Assembly (NCBI GenBank): GCA_002238825.1
Contig: MPNC01000017.1
Location: 4,324 to 68,323 of the forward strand
Length of the DNA: 64,000 nucleotides
Source: SAR202 cluster bacterium bin87
GTDB taxonomy: Bacteria; Chloroflexota; Dehalococcoidia; Lucifugimonadales; UBA3495
Direction: 5' to 3'
In this document: one piece after another, positions 45,202 through 54,951 of the stretch
Position numbering within the stretch: the first letter of the stretch is position 1
Layout: every line of letters begins with the position of its first letter
Notes under the pieces: generated by a model
The model's database searches: none
Told to the model about the DNA's origin: nothing
The model's input: only the letters and a program-made list of their open reading frames with translations
Position numbers and translations under genes: made by a program

Positions 45202-46323
45202 CTACTGGCCCGGCCCGCTGACCGTCAGCTCCAGCCTGCTGGATAGCATCCGCCCGTCCCCGGTGCAGATGGCCCCCTGGGCGTCGCAGTCGCTGGTCTC
45301 CGGCAGGACGATGACCACCTGGCCGTTGCCGTTGGGCTGGACCGTAATCTTCCACCCAATGTTGCTGCCCTGCTCCAGCCGCTCGGCCTTGCGCACCGTC
45401 CTGCCGGTGACCGTGAAGGCGTGGTCTCGCAGGGTCCGGTAGCTCAGGGCGAACTCCTCGCTGAAGCGCAGCTCGAAGGTGAATGCCGCTCCCCCGTCGT
45501 GGCTGTTAGGCGTGTTCTGCAGGCTGGCTATCAGAGGCGGGAGCGGAAGGGCTTCCACCGGAGCCGTGGCCGCACTGGTCAGCACCTCGTCGTTGCCCAC
45601 ATCGTCGGTGAAGCTCACCCTCACCCTGATGATACTGCCTACGTCAGCGGCCACCAGGGTGTACGTGGAGCCCGTCGCGTCCTGAATGTCCGCTCCATCA
45701 GCCTGCCATTGGTAGGCGAAGGTGGCGTTGTCCAGCCCGTCCTCGTCGGCAATGCCGGACGTGCCTGCCGTCAGGGTCTGCCCCACCTGCGCCGTGCCGG
45801 TTATGGTCGGCGCGCCCGTCGCCGGCCGCTCAGTTAGGTCGGTGAGGTTGATGGTCACTGTCACGGTATCGCTGGCCGTGCCGTCCCAGACCCTGATCGT
45901 GACCGAGTAGCTGAACTTGCTCTCGTAGTCGTAGCTCACCTCATTCTTCGTCTTGATCTGACGCGCCGCCGGGTCGAACGTGAACGAGCCCGCGTCCGCG
46001 CCCTCCATCGTGTAGGTCAGGACGTCTCTCAGGTCCCTATCGGTGGCCGCGGGGATGGCCGCGCCCACGTTGCGGTTCGCCACGCTGTTCTCGGCGACGG
46101 TGCGCGTCAGCCTTTCGTCCGGGAACTCCGGCACGCGGTTCGGCGCGTTCGTGGCGAACAGCCGCGGGGTCGACCACCAGCTGGGCGTATCGCCGTTGAG
46201 CGCCCGCACCTGCACGTCATACGCGGTGCCCGGCCTCAGGCCCGTGATCGTCGTGGCCGTGCCCGTGCCGCTGTGCGGCCAGGTCGAATACCCGCCGGTC
46301 CAGAAGTCGTCCCGGTACGTCAC
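45202..46323 (-). CDS. surface-type repeat protein (FN3, cadherin-like, Ig-like repeats), probably 5'-truncated
   Basis: 373-aa ORF that begins inside an FN3-like segment (ITGLRPGTAYDVQVRALNG) and has no signal peptide. It has a cadherin-like TVAENSVANRNVGAAIPATDRD..LTYTMEG, and a C-terminal domain shared with 46520-47929. Confidence 0.55.
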   Translation of the reverse strand: MTYRDDFWTGGYSTWPHSGTGTATTITGLRPGTAYDVQVRALNGDTPSWWSTPRLFATNAPNRVPEFPDERLTRTVAENSVANRNVGAAIPAATDRDLRDVLTYTMEGADAGSFTFDPAARQIKTKNEVSYDYESKFSYSVTIRVWDGTASDTVTVTINLTDLTERPATGAPTITGTAQVGQTLTAGTSGIADEDGLDNATFAYQWQADGADIQDATGSTYTLVAADVGSIIRVRVSFTDDVGNDEVLTSAATAPVEALPLPPLIASLQNTPNSHDGGAAFTFELRFSEEFALSYRTLRDHAFTVTGRTVRKAERLEQGSNIGWKITVQPNGNGQVVIVLPETSDCDAQGAICTGDGRMLSSRLELTVSGPGQ

Positions 46324-46463
46324 CTCGTATGGTGAAAATTGACATGGCGGGTGTGGTTGGGCGCCCTGCCGGTCTGCGCAGCATGAGGCCCGTCGTGGCG
46401 ACGTACAGCCAGGTTGCGGTGGTTGCGCACAATGCCCTGTAGCGCCGCGTAGTCTTTGCTCAA

Positions 46464-46485
46464 CCGCCCTCCCGAGAGAGGGCGG
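46464..46485 (-). terminator. hairpin downstream of the 46520 stop
   Basis: CCGCCCTC-ccgaga-GAGGGCGG lies about 35 nt after the stop codon. The T-tract is weak. Confidence 0.35.
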
Positions 46486-46519
46486 TGTTGTTTACGTAGC
46501 CTTGCGCGGGTTTCGGGGG

Positions 46520-47929
46520 TTACTGCTGCGCCGCGACCCTCAGGGAGACCGAGCCGGACAGCTTCTCGCCGTCTTCCGAGCAGATCGCCCCTTCGTCGCC
46601 GCAAGCGGGGAGGCTCTGGTAGCCCGTTACCCGGACAGCCTCCGACGCAGATGCTGGTCGGAACGTGATTATCCACCCCTGATTGTCGCGCTGCTTTACC
46701 CGCTTCGCCTTAATTATATCTCCGTCGCTGACGACAAAGAGGCGGTCCCGCACGGTCTTGTAGCTCAGGCCGTATGGGGATTCGCTGAACCGGTATGTAA
46801 CCCTGAACTCACCGCCGTCGTGATCCCCGGGGACCGTGGTGAACTCCCCGGTCAGGGGTTCCGGCTCAGACTTCGCTCCCTTTGTGTCCTCCTCCTCTTC
46901 TTCGTCCGACTTCGGAGCCGTCCCCGTCGTGGTAATGGTAACCTCCGGGCTTTGACCGTTATATCGCGCCGCGCCCGTTAGCCGCCAATTCGCCGCTCGG
47001 ACTTGGAAGGTGTGGGCCGTACCAGCCGTTAGCCCACTGATCCCGCAGGACTCAGGGAGGTCATAGAGGCGACCGACGGACCCCGACCCCACATTGCAGG
47101 GCACGATTCTCCAGTCGCCGTAGCTCCCGCTGCCCTCCTTGAACCGGTATTCATAGTGCGTTATGGACCCGTCCGCGCCCTGGGTCACGCTCTCGGCGGG
47201 CCGGTCCCAGTCCAGCCACGCGCTGTTGTCCCCCGTCGCCCCGACGCGGAGGGTAGTCACCACCCCAGGCGACATCATCCTGCGGTACTCGTTGGCGTAG
47301 ATCGAGAGGCGGAGGGACCTCGTGTCCTCCGCCTGGTCTTTGTCTACGTTCATTCCGTCTTTCCACACGATTTCGACGAAGTGGTAGCCGTCTCCGATAG
47401 ACCAGCCAGCGGACGGCCCCGCGTCTTCGTTGTTCGAAGCGGTTCTGTTAAACTCCGCGTTAGCACCGGTGTACCAGAATTTGAGGTAATACTCGGTGGA
47501 GTCACTAAAGAGGATGGTGTTCCCGCCCGACGTGGGGTAGAACCGCTTGACATTTTGATCGTCAGTGTCGAAGGGCCCCCACAGACCGACAACTTTATCG
47601 GTGCCCGCGAGGTCGGTGAAAAGGGCAGCACCTATCTCACCTTTCCCGACGAAGTTCCGCACCCTCACATCTATGTGTCGGATTACATAGCCCCTGCTGA
47701 AACTTCCGGTCGTGAACGGCTGGGTTAATGACCTGAGTTGGCCAGCACTGCCCGCTATCCGTGTGTTGCCCTGCCAAGCCTCGCCTAGGTTGCTTACCTG
47801 CTTGTAGGTAAGTTTGGTATGGCTCGAGAATGCGCTGGGGAGAGGCGGGCCGAAGGCCGCGAAAGCTATGGCGGTGAGCACCAGCAACCCACCGAGGGCA
47901 AGAATACCTGCTCGTATCCGGGTGTTCAT
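46520..47929 (-). CDS. secreted protein with an FN3-like domain and a conserved C-terminal domain
   Basis: 469-aa ORF with the signal/anchor MNTRIRAGILALGGLLVLTAIAFAAF. It has FN3-like LTAGTAHTFQVRAANW. The C-terminus reads DHDGGEFRVTYRFSE...YKTVRDRLFVV...GWIITFRP...CGDEGAICSEDGEKLS. Confidence 0.65.
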   Translation of the reverse strand: MNTRIRAGILALGGLLVLTAIAFAAFGPPLPSAFSSHTKLTYKQVSNLGEAWQGNTRIAGSAGQLRSLTQPFTTGSFSRGYVIRHIDVRVRNFVGKGEIGAALFTDLAGTDKVVGLWGPFDTDDQNVKRFYPTSGGNTILFSDSTEYYLKFWYTGANAEFNRTASNNEDAGPSAGWSIGDGYHFVEIVWKDGMNVDKDQAEDTRSLRLSIYANEYRRMMSPGVVTTLRVGATGDNSAWLDWDRPAESVTQGADGSITHYEYRFKEGSGSYGDWRIVPCNVGSGSVGRLYDLPESCGISGLTAGTAHTFQVRAANWRLTGAARYNGQSPEVTITTTGTAPKSDEEEEEDTKGAKSEPEPLTGEFTTVPGDHDGGEFRVTYRFSESPYGLSYKTVRDRLFVVSDGDIIKAKRVKQRDNQGWIITFRPASASEAVRVTGYQSLPACGDEGAICSEDGEKLSGSVSLRVAAQQ

Positions 47930-47935
47930 ACGAGA

Positions 47936-48110
47936 TTACCTCCTCAATTTATTGTTGTTCGTGATGTAGTGGGAGACGTCTCCGATCGACCAGCCGCTGG
48001 ACGGCGCCACGTACTCGCTGTCCGACGTCGTGCTGGACAGCGCCACGTTCGGGCCGTCGTACGTGAACCTGACGTTGTACCCGGTGCTGTTGTTGAAAAA
48101 GAGCAGTGGA
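47936..48110 (-). pseudogene. short fragment paralogous to the N-terminal domain of 46520-47929
   Basis: LLFFNNSTGYNVRFTYDGPNVALSSTTSDSEYVAPSSGWSIGDVSHY compares with ILFSDSTEYYLKFWYTGANAEFNRTASNNEDAGPSAGWSIGDGYHF. Confidence 0.35.
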
Positions 48111-48394
48111 TGTCCCCGCTCTGTCGTGCCAGTCCTCGTCCGTCGACTGCGGCCCGCTCCGGTTCCGGCCAGCACAGCTCTGCACACGAAGGGGCCGGCA
48201 GACGACGTAAAACAATACAACCATTGGGTGACAATACCGTGCCAATCAAACCCATTACGGTGACAATTACCGTGCAATCTGCTGCCTCTCAGTGGTATGC
48301 TTCACCCAGACGACGGCCCGGCTGGGCGCCGTTGCGCGGATGACGCGCATCCTACTGCCAGCCCATGAGCCGTCCGAGGTAAGGAGAGAATGTC

Positions 48395-50815
48395 GTGAAC
48401 GCTGCGGAGCACGAGTTGGAGACGGCGGCGCTGCGGGACCGCCTGTCGCGCCTGAGCGAGGCCAGCCTGCGCATCAACGAGAGCCTCGACCTGGACACCG
48501 TGCTGCAGGAGGTCGTGGACAGCGCCCGCGCGCTGACGGGCTCCGCCTACGGGGTGATCACCACCCTGGATGACTCGGGGCTCCCCAAGGACTTCGTCAC
48601 CTCCGGGCTCGTCCCAGAGGCCCACCAAGCGCTGGAGAACTACCTGCCGGAGGGCCTGCTGGTCTACCGGTACCTGAGCGCCCTGCGGGAGCCACTCCGT
48701 CTCGACAACTACGGGGAGCACATCGCGTCGCTGGGGCTCTCCGACTTCCTGCCCATCTCGGCCAGCTCCTTCCTGACGGCGCCGATCCGCCACGGGGGCC
48801 GGGCGGAGGGGAACATCTACCTGGCCAAGAGCGAGCCGGGGGACGAGTTCACCCAGGAGGACGAGGAGACGCTGGTGATGTTCGCCTCCCATGCCGCCCT
48901 GGTCATCGCCAACGCCCGCCGGCACCGCAGCGAGCAGCAGGCCCGGACGAACCTCGAAACCCTGATCGACACCTCCCCCGTGGGCGTCGCGGTCTTCGAC
49001 GCCAAGACGGGGGCGCCGGTCTCCTTCAACCGGGAGGCCGCCAGAATCGTGGACGTTCTGCAGGCCCCGGGCCGGCCGCCGGAGCAGATCCTCGAGGTCC
49101 TGACCTTCCGGCGCGCCGACGGGAGGGAGATTTCCCTGGAGGAGTTCCCGGTGGCGCAGGCCCTGAATACCGGCGAGACGGTGCGGGCCGAGGAGGTGGT
49201 CATCCAGGTGCCCGACGGCAGGTCCATCACCACCCTGATTAACGCGACGCCCATCTACTCGGAGGAGGGGGGAGAGCTGGAGTCCGTGGTGGTGACCATC
49301 CAGGACATGACGCCCCTGGAGGAGATCGAGCGGCTGAGGGCCGAGCTGCTCGGGGTGGTGAGCCATGAGCTGCGCACTCCCCTGGCCGCCATCCGGGGCT
49401 CGGCGACCACCATGCTGGACGACGGGTCGGCCCTGGACCCCGCCGAGGTGCGTCAGTTCCACCGGATCATCGTCGATCAGGCCGACCGCATGCGGGCGCT
49501 GATCAGCGACCTGCTGGACGTGGCCCGCATCGAGACGGGCACCCTGTCGATCTCCCCGGAGCCGGCTGAGGTCGCCGTCCTGGTGGACGAGGCCAGGAAC
49601 ACCTCCCTGAATGCGGGCGGCCGGAACAACATACTCATCGAGGTTCCACCGGACCTGCCGCTGGTGATGGCGGACCGGCGACGCATCGTGCAGGTGCTGA
49701 GCAACCTGCTGACCAACGCGGCGCGGCACTCGCCGGAGTCATCCCCCATACGGGTGTCCGCCGTCCGGGAGGGCGTCCACGTCGCGGTATCCGTGGCCGA
49801 CCAGGGGAGTGGCATCCCCCGCGACCGCATGCCGAGCCTGTTCCGAAAGTTCTCCCGGCTCAATGCCGGGGACCAGGCCGGGGACCAGGGAAGCCACACC
49901 GGCCTCGGCCTGTCGGTGTGCAAGGGGCTGGTGGAGGCCCACGGGGGACGCATCTGGGCCGAGAGCGAGGGGGTGGGGCGGGGCGCACGGTTCACCTTCA
50001 CGCTTCCGTTGACCGGAGAGACCGTGACCATTGACCCGGAGCCGGCCACCGGCCGCGCCGGGCGTGTCCCGCGGCCGGGCAAGATCCGGCCACAAATTCT
50101 GGTGGTGGACGACGACCCGCAGACGCTCCGGTATGTACGAGACGCCCTCTCGAAAGCGGGCTACGCGACGACGGTGACCGCCGACCCGGCCGAGGTGCCC
50201 CGCATGATGGAGGAGGAAGCGCCGCAACTGGTCCTGCTGGACCTGATGCTGCCGGATACCGATGGGATCGTCCTCATGCAATCCATCCGGGAGATGGCCA
50301 ACGTGCCGGTCATCTTCATCTCCGCCTACGGCCAGGACCAGATCATCGCCAGAGCCTTCGACATGGGAGCGACCGACTACCTGGTCAAGCCCTTCTCGCC
50401 CACCGAACTGGCGGCGAGGATCCGGGCCGCCTTGCGCCGGCAGGCTTCACCCGGCCTCGACGTGCCCGGTGAGCCCTATCTCTTCGCCGACCTGGCCGTC
50501 GACTACGCCCAGCGCGTAGTGACCATCGCCGGCGCCCCGGTGGACCTGACGAACATCGAGTACCGGCTGCTGACGGAGCTTTCTGCCAACGCCGGCCGTG
50601 TCCTGACCAATGAGCAGCTGCGACGCCGGGTCTGGGGCCAGGACGACTCGGGAGGATCGGGTCCGGTGCGGGCCGTCGTGCGCAGGCTGCGCCGCAAGCT
50701 GGGCGACGACGCGGAGCAGCCCACCTACATCTTCAACAAGCGGCGCGTCGGCTACTGGATGGAGAAAGAGGAGACGCGGGACCAGTACCAGCAACCGTGG
50801 ACAACCCTCACTTGA
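48395..50815 (+). CDS. soluble GAF-PAS histidine kinase fused to a complete OmpR-type response regulator
   Basis: 806-aa ORF with a GTG start after AAGGAGAG. It has the H-box VVSHELRTPLAAIRGS, the G-box GLGLSVCKGLVEAHGG, the receiver ILVVDDDP...LVLLDLMLPDTDG, and the winged helix LTNIEYRLLTEL...VRRLRRKLGD...VGYWM. Confidence 0.85.
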   Translation: MNAAEHELETAALRDRLSRLSEASLRINESLDLDTVLQEVVDSARALTGSAYGVITTLDDSGLPKDFVTSGLVPEAHQALENYLPEGLLVYRYLSALREPLRLDNYGEHIASLGLSDFLPISASSFLTAPIRHGGRAEGNIYLAKSEPGDEFTQEDEETLVMFASHAALVIANARRHRSEQQARTNLETLIDTSPVGVAVFDAKTGAPVSFNREAARIVDVLQAPGRPPEQILEVLTFRRADGREISLEEFPVAQALNTGETVRAEEVVIQVPDGRSITTLINATPIYSEEGGELESVVVTIQDMTPLEEIERLRAELLGVVSHELRTPLAAIRGSATTMLDDGSALDPAEVRQFHRIIVDQADRMRALISDLLDVARIETGTLSISPEPAEVAVLVDEARNTSLNAGGRNNILIEVPPDLPLVMADRRRIVQVLSNLLTNAARHSPESSPIRVSAVREGVHVAVSVADQGSGIPRDRMPSLFRKFSRLNAGDQAGDQGSHTGLGLSVCKGLVEAHGGRIWAESEGVGRGARFTFTLPLTGETVTIDPEPATGRAGRVPRPGKIRPQILVVDDDPQTLRYVRDALSKAGYATTVTADPAEVPRMMEEEAPQLVLLDLMLPDTDGIVLMQSIREMANVPVIFISAYGQDQIIARAFDMGATDYLVKPFSPTELAARIRAALRRQASPGLDVPGEPYLFADLAVDYAQRVVTIAGAPVDLTNIEYRLLTELSANAGRVLTNEQLRRRVWGQDDSGGSGPVRAVVRRLRRKLGDDAEQPTYIFNKRRVGYWMEKEETRDQYQQPWTTLT

Positions 50816-51402
50816 TGGCTGTCCAGCACTGCTCCGAGCATGACCAACCGGTCGACTTCAGGGACGCTGAAGTGCGGTGATAGGCTCGTTAACCCGAAAC
50901 CACCACCGAAGGGATATGGCCGTGCCGGTCAGGCCACGGGGATTATTGACATGGGGGCATCCCATTTGTGGCCCGCGGGGTGCGCCGCCACTTCGCACAG
51001 GGGTGGAAAAGGTCACGTTGGCCACCGCCACCCTTTCAACGAACCCTCGCCCTCAACGAGCACTCACCATCAACGAGCACTCACCGGCTACCTCATGCCG
51101 AAGACCGACACCGCAGAAACCACGATGCGCCCGGTGACGTGGCCCTGCACCTGCCGTAGAAACAACGACGGGATCAGGCGCTGTAGAGGCGATGCAACCT
51201 TATCCGGTTGTCCGCTGCGGGCAGAAGGCGGGGTTCGTCGGCCGCACTGCCCGCAGCGGTGAGACCATTGTATCGGCCCTCCCCGCGCCGGCGTAAGGCC
51301 CGAGTGGCATCAAAATGCGAACCTCCGGCCGCGGATCAGCCGGGAAACCGTGGCCGTGAAGTACAATTGCCCGCGCCATTCCCTTCCCAGGAGCTTCCGA
51401 CT

Positions 51403-51567
51403 ATGACCACCCCATCCGCGAGCGTTGAGATTTACTGCCTCAAGTGCAGGGCCAAGACCGCGTCCCAGGACATCGAGGCCGTCACCATGAAGAACGGCCG
51501 ACCCGCCACCCGCGCCGTCTGCGTGGAGTGCGGCACGAAAAAGTTCCGCATCGGCGTCCTCCCCTGA
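51403..51567 (+). CDS. small zinc-ribbon protein (DUF5679-like)
   Basis: 54 aa, with CLKCRAKT...CVECGTKKFRI. Confidence 0.5.
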   Translation: MTTPSASVEIYCLKCRAKTASQDIEAVTMKNGRPATRAVCVECGTKKFRIGVLP

Positions 51568-51589
51568 CCGACTCACTCATCCCACCGTC

Positions 51590-52816
51590 ATGGCGCTGGA
51601 CCTGGGCCTCACCACCCGACAGCTGCTGTCCACGCTGGACGGCGTGGTATCGGACGCGCATACCCGCGGCCAGCGCCTGGACGATGCCGTCGAACGAGCC
51701 CTCGACGTGCCCATCGACGAGGCCGCCTTCCGCACCGCCGCGGTGGGCCGCCGTCCCTACATCTCCGCCCGCACCGGCCCCGAGGGCCTGCTGGGCACCC
51801 TGCCGCCGCCGGAGGCTCCCCAGGATTGGGTCGCGCTGTCCGTGGACGGCTCCCACATCGACGTGGACCGCCACCTGCCCCTGAGCTGCCACCTCATCAA
51901 CCTGGGCGGCTGCATCATCACCTACGGGCGTGATTTCGGCTGCCGGCTGTTCAGCGAGCCCGCCCTGGCCGTGGAGGAGATCGACCTGTACCTCCGGTCT
52001 CCCGACGGCGCGCGCGGAGAGACCCTGATCGCGGGTCCCCTGCTGGGCGCGCTGCGCACCGTGCGGGAGGTGGAGCGCCTCGCCGACGCCGTCGAAAGCC
52101 TGCCCGACGACCGGCCGGCCCTGGCCCTGCTGGACGGCACCCTGGCCTTCTGGGACCTGCAGCGGGGCCAGTATCCCCGCCACGTCGCCGACCTGCTCAT
52201 CGGAGACCGCCTGCAGCCAGCCCTGGCGCGTCTGCGGGCAGCGTCCACCGACCGGCGTCCGGTGGCCGTGGCCGCCTACACGTCCCGGCCCCGCACCACC
52301 GAGGCGGCCGGCGCCATGCGTCTCATGCTCTGCGACCAGGGCGACGCCGACTGCAATCGGCTCTGCACCGCCCGTCATTCCCAGTCGGAAATCTGCGACG
52401 CCGCGGCAGGTTTCGACGATCGGGAGTTGTTTGAAATCCTGCTGGAACCGGGCCACCGCTCACCCCTGTACCGTTCCAGCCACCTGGCGGCCCGCTTCGC
52501 CCTGGGCCTGGCCACCGGCCAGGAGTGGAGCCATTTCTACTACCTGAACGGCGGCTCCGAAATCGCCCGCGTCGAGGTCCCCGACTGGCTGGCCCAGGAC
52601 CCCGAACTGCTGGCCCTCAGCCACGCCATGCTGGTGAAACAGTGCCAGCTGGGCCTGGGCTATCCGGTGGCCATCTCCGAGGCCCACGAACAGGCGGTGA
52701 TCACCGGCCACGACCGGGAGGAGTTCCGCCGCCTGACCCTCATGCTCCTGGAACAGCGTGGCCTGTCCACCACCGAATCCGCCAAGGCTTTCTCCAAGCG
52801 CCGGCCATGGGTGTAG
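51590..52816 (+). CDS. NurA-like nuclease domain protein
   Basis: 408-aa ORF. LSVDGSHID, ALLDGTLAFWD and GLGYPVAISEAHEQAVI fit the NurA Asp/Glu-His pattern as I remember it. Confidence 0.5.
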   Translation: MALDLGLTTRQLLSTLDGVVSDAHTRGQRLDDAVERALDVPIDEAAFRTAAVGRRPYISARTGPEGLLGTLPPPEAPQDWVALSVDGSHIDVDRHLPLSCHLINLGGCIITYGRDFGCRLFSEPALAVEEIDLYLRSPDGARGETLIAGPLLGALRTVREVERLADAVESLPDDRPALALLDGTLAFWDLQRGQYPRHVADLLIGDRLQPALARLRAASTDRRPVAVAAYTSRPRTTEAAGAMRLMLCDQGDADCNRLCTARHSQSEICDAAAGFDDRELFEILLEPGHRSPLYRSSHLAARFALGLATGQEWSHFYYLNGGSEIARVEVPDWLAQDPELLALSHAMLVKQCQLGLGYPVAISEAHEQAVITGHDREEFRRLTLMLLEQRGLSTTESAKAFSKRRPWV

Positions 52817-52844
52817 CAGCCATCCGCAGCGGCGTTGTTGCCGG

Positions 52845-53060
52845 TCAACCGCACAATGGTTCAGCCTCGAACATGGCGGCCGGCGTGCGGATACTGCCCG
52901 CCTCGCGCAGGAAATCCATGGCCAGCGACACGTCCCGATACACATCGCTCAACGCGCGTTCCACCACGCCGGTATCCACCGGCTCCCAGACGGCTTCGTC
53001 CAGGTAACGGCGCCAGTAGATATGCACGTCATCACGGTCCGCGCGTCGGTCGCCTTCCAT
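52845..53060 (-). CDS. small hypothetical protein
   Basis: 71-aa ORF, unassigned. Confidence 0.25.
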   Translation of the reverse strand: MEGDRRADRDDVHIYWRRYLDEAVWEPVDTGVVERALSDVYRDVSLAMDFLREAGSIRTPAAMFEAEPLCG

Positions 53061-53089
53061 AGGGTACGGCGCTCTCCGTCAGCAGAGTT

Positions 53090-53548
53090 CTACCGGTCCC
53101 TCGGCGCGCTCATTGCAGCCGCCCAGCCGTCAACGTCCACCGGATCCAGTCTCGCCACCTCCGGCAGTCGGTCAAAGTCAGTGTCCGCCGTGACGATGCG
53201 GCTCACCCCCACGCGCTGCATCACTGCCAGGTGCACCAGGTCCCGGGCGCTCACCCCCGGATTATCGTCGGCCAATCGCCCCGCTCGCCTGACGTCCTCT
53301 CCATGCACCGGCTCCACTCGGCCGTGCATCAGTTCCGCGAAATCCTCCAACACCTTCCGGCCCAATGACCATCGCCCGCTGGACACATACCGATGCACCA
53401 GTTCCTGCAGCACCTCGGCATCGGTCACGAACGCCCCGGGATGCTCGGCGACCATCATGAGAACACGGCCGCAGGGCCCCTTGTACCGATGTTCCCGGCC
53501 GGCCGCGTAGATGGGCACGTTGGCGTCAATAAAGACCACCCGGTTCAT
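53090..53548 (-). CDS. vapC: PIN-domain toxin
   Basis: Internal start MNRVVFIDANVPIYAAG. Acidic residues occur in FIDAN, TDAEVLQE, ARDLVHLA and VTADTDF. Confidence 0.8.
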   Translation of the reverse strand: MNRVVFIDANVPIYAAGREHRYKGPCGRVLMMVAEHPGAFVTDAEVLQELVHRYVSSGRWSLGRKVLEDFAELMHGRVEPVHGEDVRRAGRLADDNPGVSARDLVHLAVMQRVGVSRIVTADTDFDRLPEVARLDPVDVDGWAAAMSAPRDR

Positions 53549-53777
53549 GCGCCCCCTCCAGCTCCCGCGACAACTGGGCGGGTTCTGGCGGCTCCTCAAC
53601 CTCCAATGCCGCCAGGCGCCGCGCCGCGGCCCGGCGACGCTCCCGCATCACGTCCTCATACGCGTCGTCGATCAGGCCCCGCACCACCTCGGAGATGGGC
53701 CGGCCCCGCACCTCGACGATCTCGTCCAGGCGCCGCCGCTGTTCGTCGGCCAGCCGTACATCCAGCCTCGCCATCAC
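53526..53777 (-). CDS. vapB: RHH antitoxin
   Basis: 83 aa (ARLDVRLADEQRRRLDEIVEVRGRPISEVVRGLIDDA). It overlaps the vapC start by 23 nt. Confidence 0.75.
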   Translation of the reverse strand: MMARLDVRLADEQRRRLDEIVEVRGRPISEVVRGLIDDAYEDVMRERRRAAARRLAALEVEEPPEPAQLSRELEGAHEPGGLY

Positions 53778-53786
53778 TCTCCTCTC

Positions 53787-53818
53787 TGTACGTGATACTC
53801 TGTACGTAATTGAGTATC
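53787..53818. promoter_or_regulatory. repeat and palindrome cluster upstream of vapB, candidate operator
   Basis: TGTACGT occurs twice (53787, 53801). GATACTC (53794) and GAGTATC (53812) form an inverted repeat. Confidence 0.35.
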
Positions 53819-53924
53819 CGGCACAGGCACGTTGCAGTCAACTCCGCGGTCCATCCATCGCGCATGCCACCCGCGCTGCATCTCGTCCCAACTGAGCGGC
53901 GCCATATCCTGCCCGGTGAACACC

Positions 53925-54428
53925 ATGACCTACGCCCGCAACACCACCGTCAGCGCCATACGCACCCGCAACGAGATCGAGGAAACCCTCGAGCGCTACG
54001 GCGCCGACGGCTTCGCCTATGCCACCCAGGGCAACCTGGCCACCGTCATCTTCGCCATGGCGAACCGCCGCATCCGCTTCGTCCTGGAGCTGCCCGATCC
54101 CGGGGACTTCCGCCACACCAACCACAGCCCGCCCCGGGAGCGCAGCGACCGGGCCCAGCGGGAAGCCCACGACCAGGCCTGTCGCCAGAGGTGGCGGGCG
54201 CTGCTGCTGGTCATCAAGGCCAAGCTGGAGGCCGTGACCGCCGGCATCTCCACCGTCGAGACCGAGTTCCTGGCCAACATCGTCCTGCCCGACAACACCA
54301 CCGCCGGCGAGTGGATGCTGCCCCAGATCGACCGGGCCTACCGCACCGGCGCGATGCCGCCCCTGCTGCCGGCCGCCGGGAACCCTGATCCCCGGTCCTC
54401 CGGCCCCATTGCCCTGCCTCCGGCCTGA
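53925..54428 (+). CDS. hypothetical protein (a paralogue fragment lies at 25765-26072)
   Basis: Likely start MTYARNTTVSAIRTRNEIEETLERYGA. I recognise no family. Confidence 0.55.
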   Translation: MTYARNTTVSAIRTRNEIEETLERYGADGFAYATQGNLATVIFAMANRRIRFVLELPDPGDFRHTNHSPPRERSDRAQREAHDQACRQRWRALLLVIKAKLEAVTAGISTVETEFLANIVLPDNTTAGEWMLPQIDRAYRTGAMPPLLPAAGNPDPRSSGPIALPPA

Positions 54429-54546
54429 GCGCCTACCGCCCGTTGGAACCGGCGTTCCGCTGTGGCACAATGTCGCTGGCGGGCCGGTTGGCGCCCGTGG
54501 GCACGATGGGCGACCTCACCGCATATCTTCCGCCGGGGAGGAGCCC

Positions 54547-54807
54547 ATGGTTGAACAACAGAAGCCCGTGGTGACCGAGCTGGCCCTGGCCGACGCCCTG
54601 AACCGGCTGGTGAACCAGATCGAGGAACTCAGGGCCGACGCGGATCTCCATGTTGAAATCACCACCGACGAGACCGACCTGGTGAAACTGACCTTCTCCG
54701 GAACCCCGAGCGTAGGCTATCCCCTGCGGCGGGAAGTGCGCGACATTCCCGGGGAGGTCATTCGCCGCGTCTGGAACGAGGGCCTGCGCGACCACGAAAC
54801 CGTGTGA
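54547..54807 (+). CDS. small hypothetical protein
   Basis: 86 aa from an ATG preceded by GGGGAGGAG. A 3' paralogous fragment lies at 56257-56454. Confidence 0.5.
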   Translation: MVEQQKPVVTELALADALNRLVNQIEELRADADLHVEITTDETDLVKLTFSGTPSVGYPLRREVRDIPGEVIRRVWNEGLRDHETV

Positions 54808-54951
54808 CGCCGCGCATTGGGAGGCGTCGTCCAAGCCGCCCGTCGACGCAGCGCTTTTTCGCTCCATCCTGACGGTGGGGCTGGACACGACAATCGCGCC
54901 CTTCCCGTTTGGACGCTTCCGGACGCAACAGACCCCCAACGAGGTGAACCC

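Noticed and set aside
48302-49729. 475-aa minus-strand ORF
   Set aside because: It is antisense to the well-supported histidine-kinase frame and its composition is low-complexity G/R/P/V.
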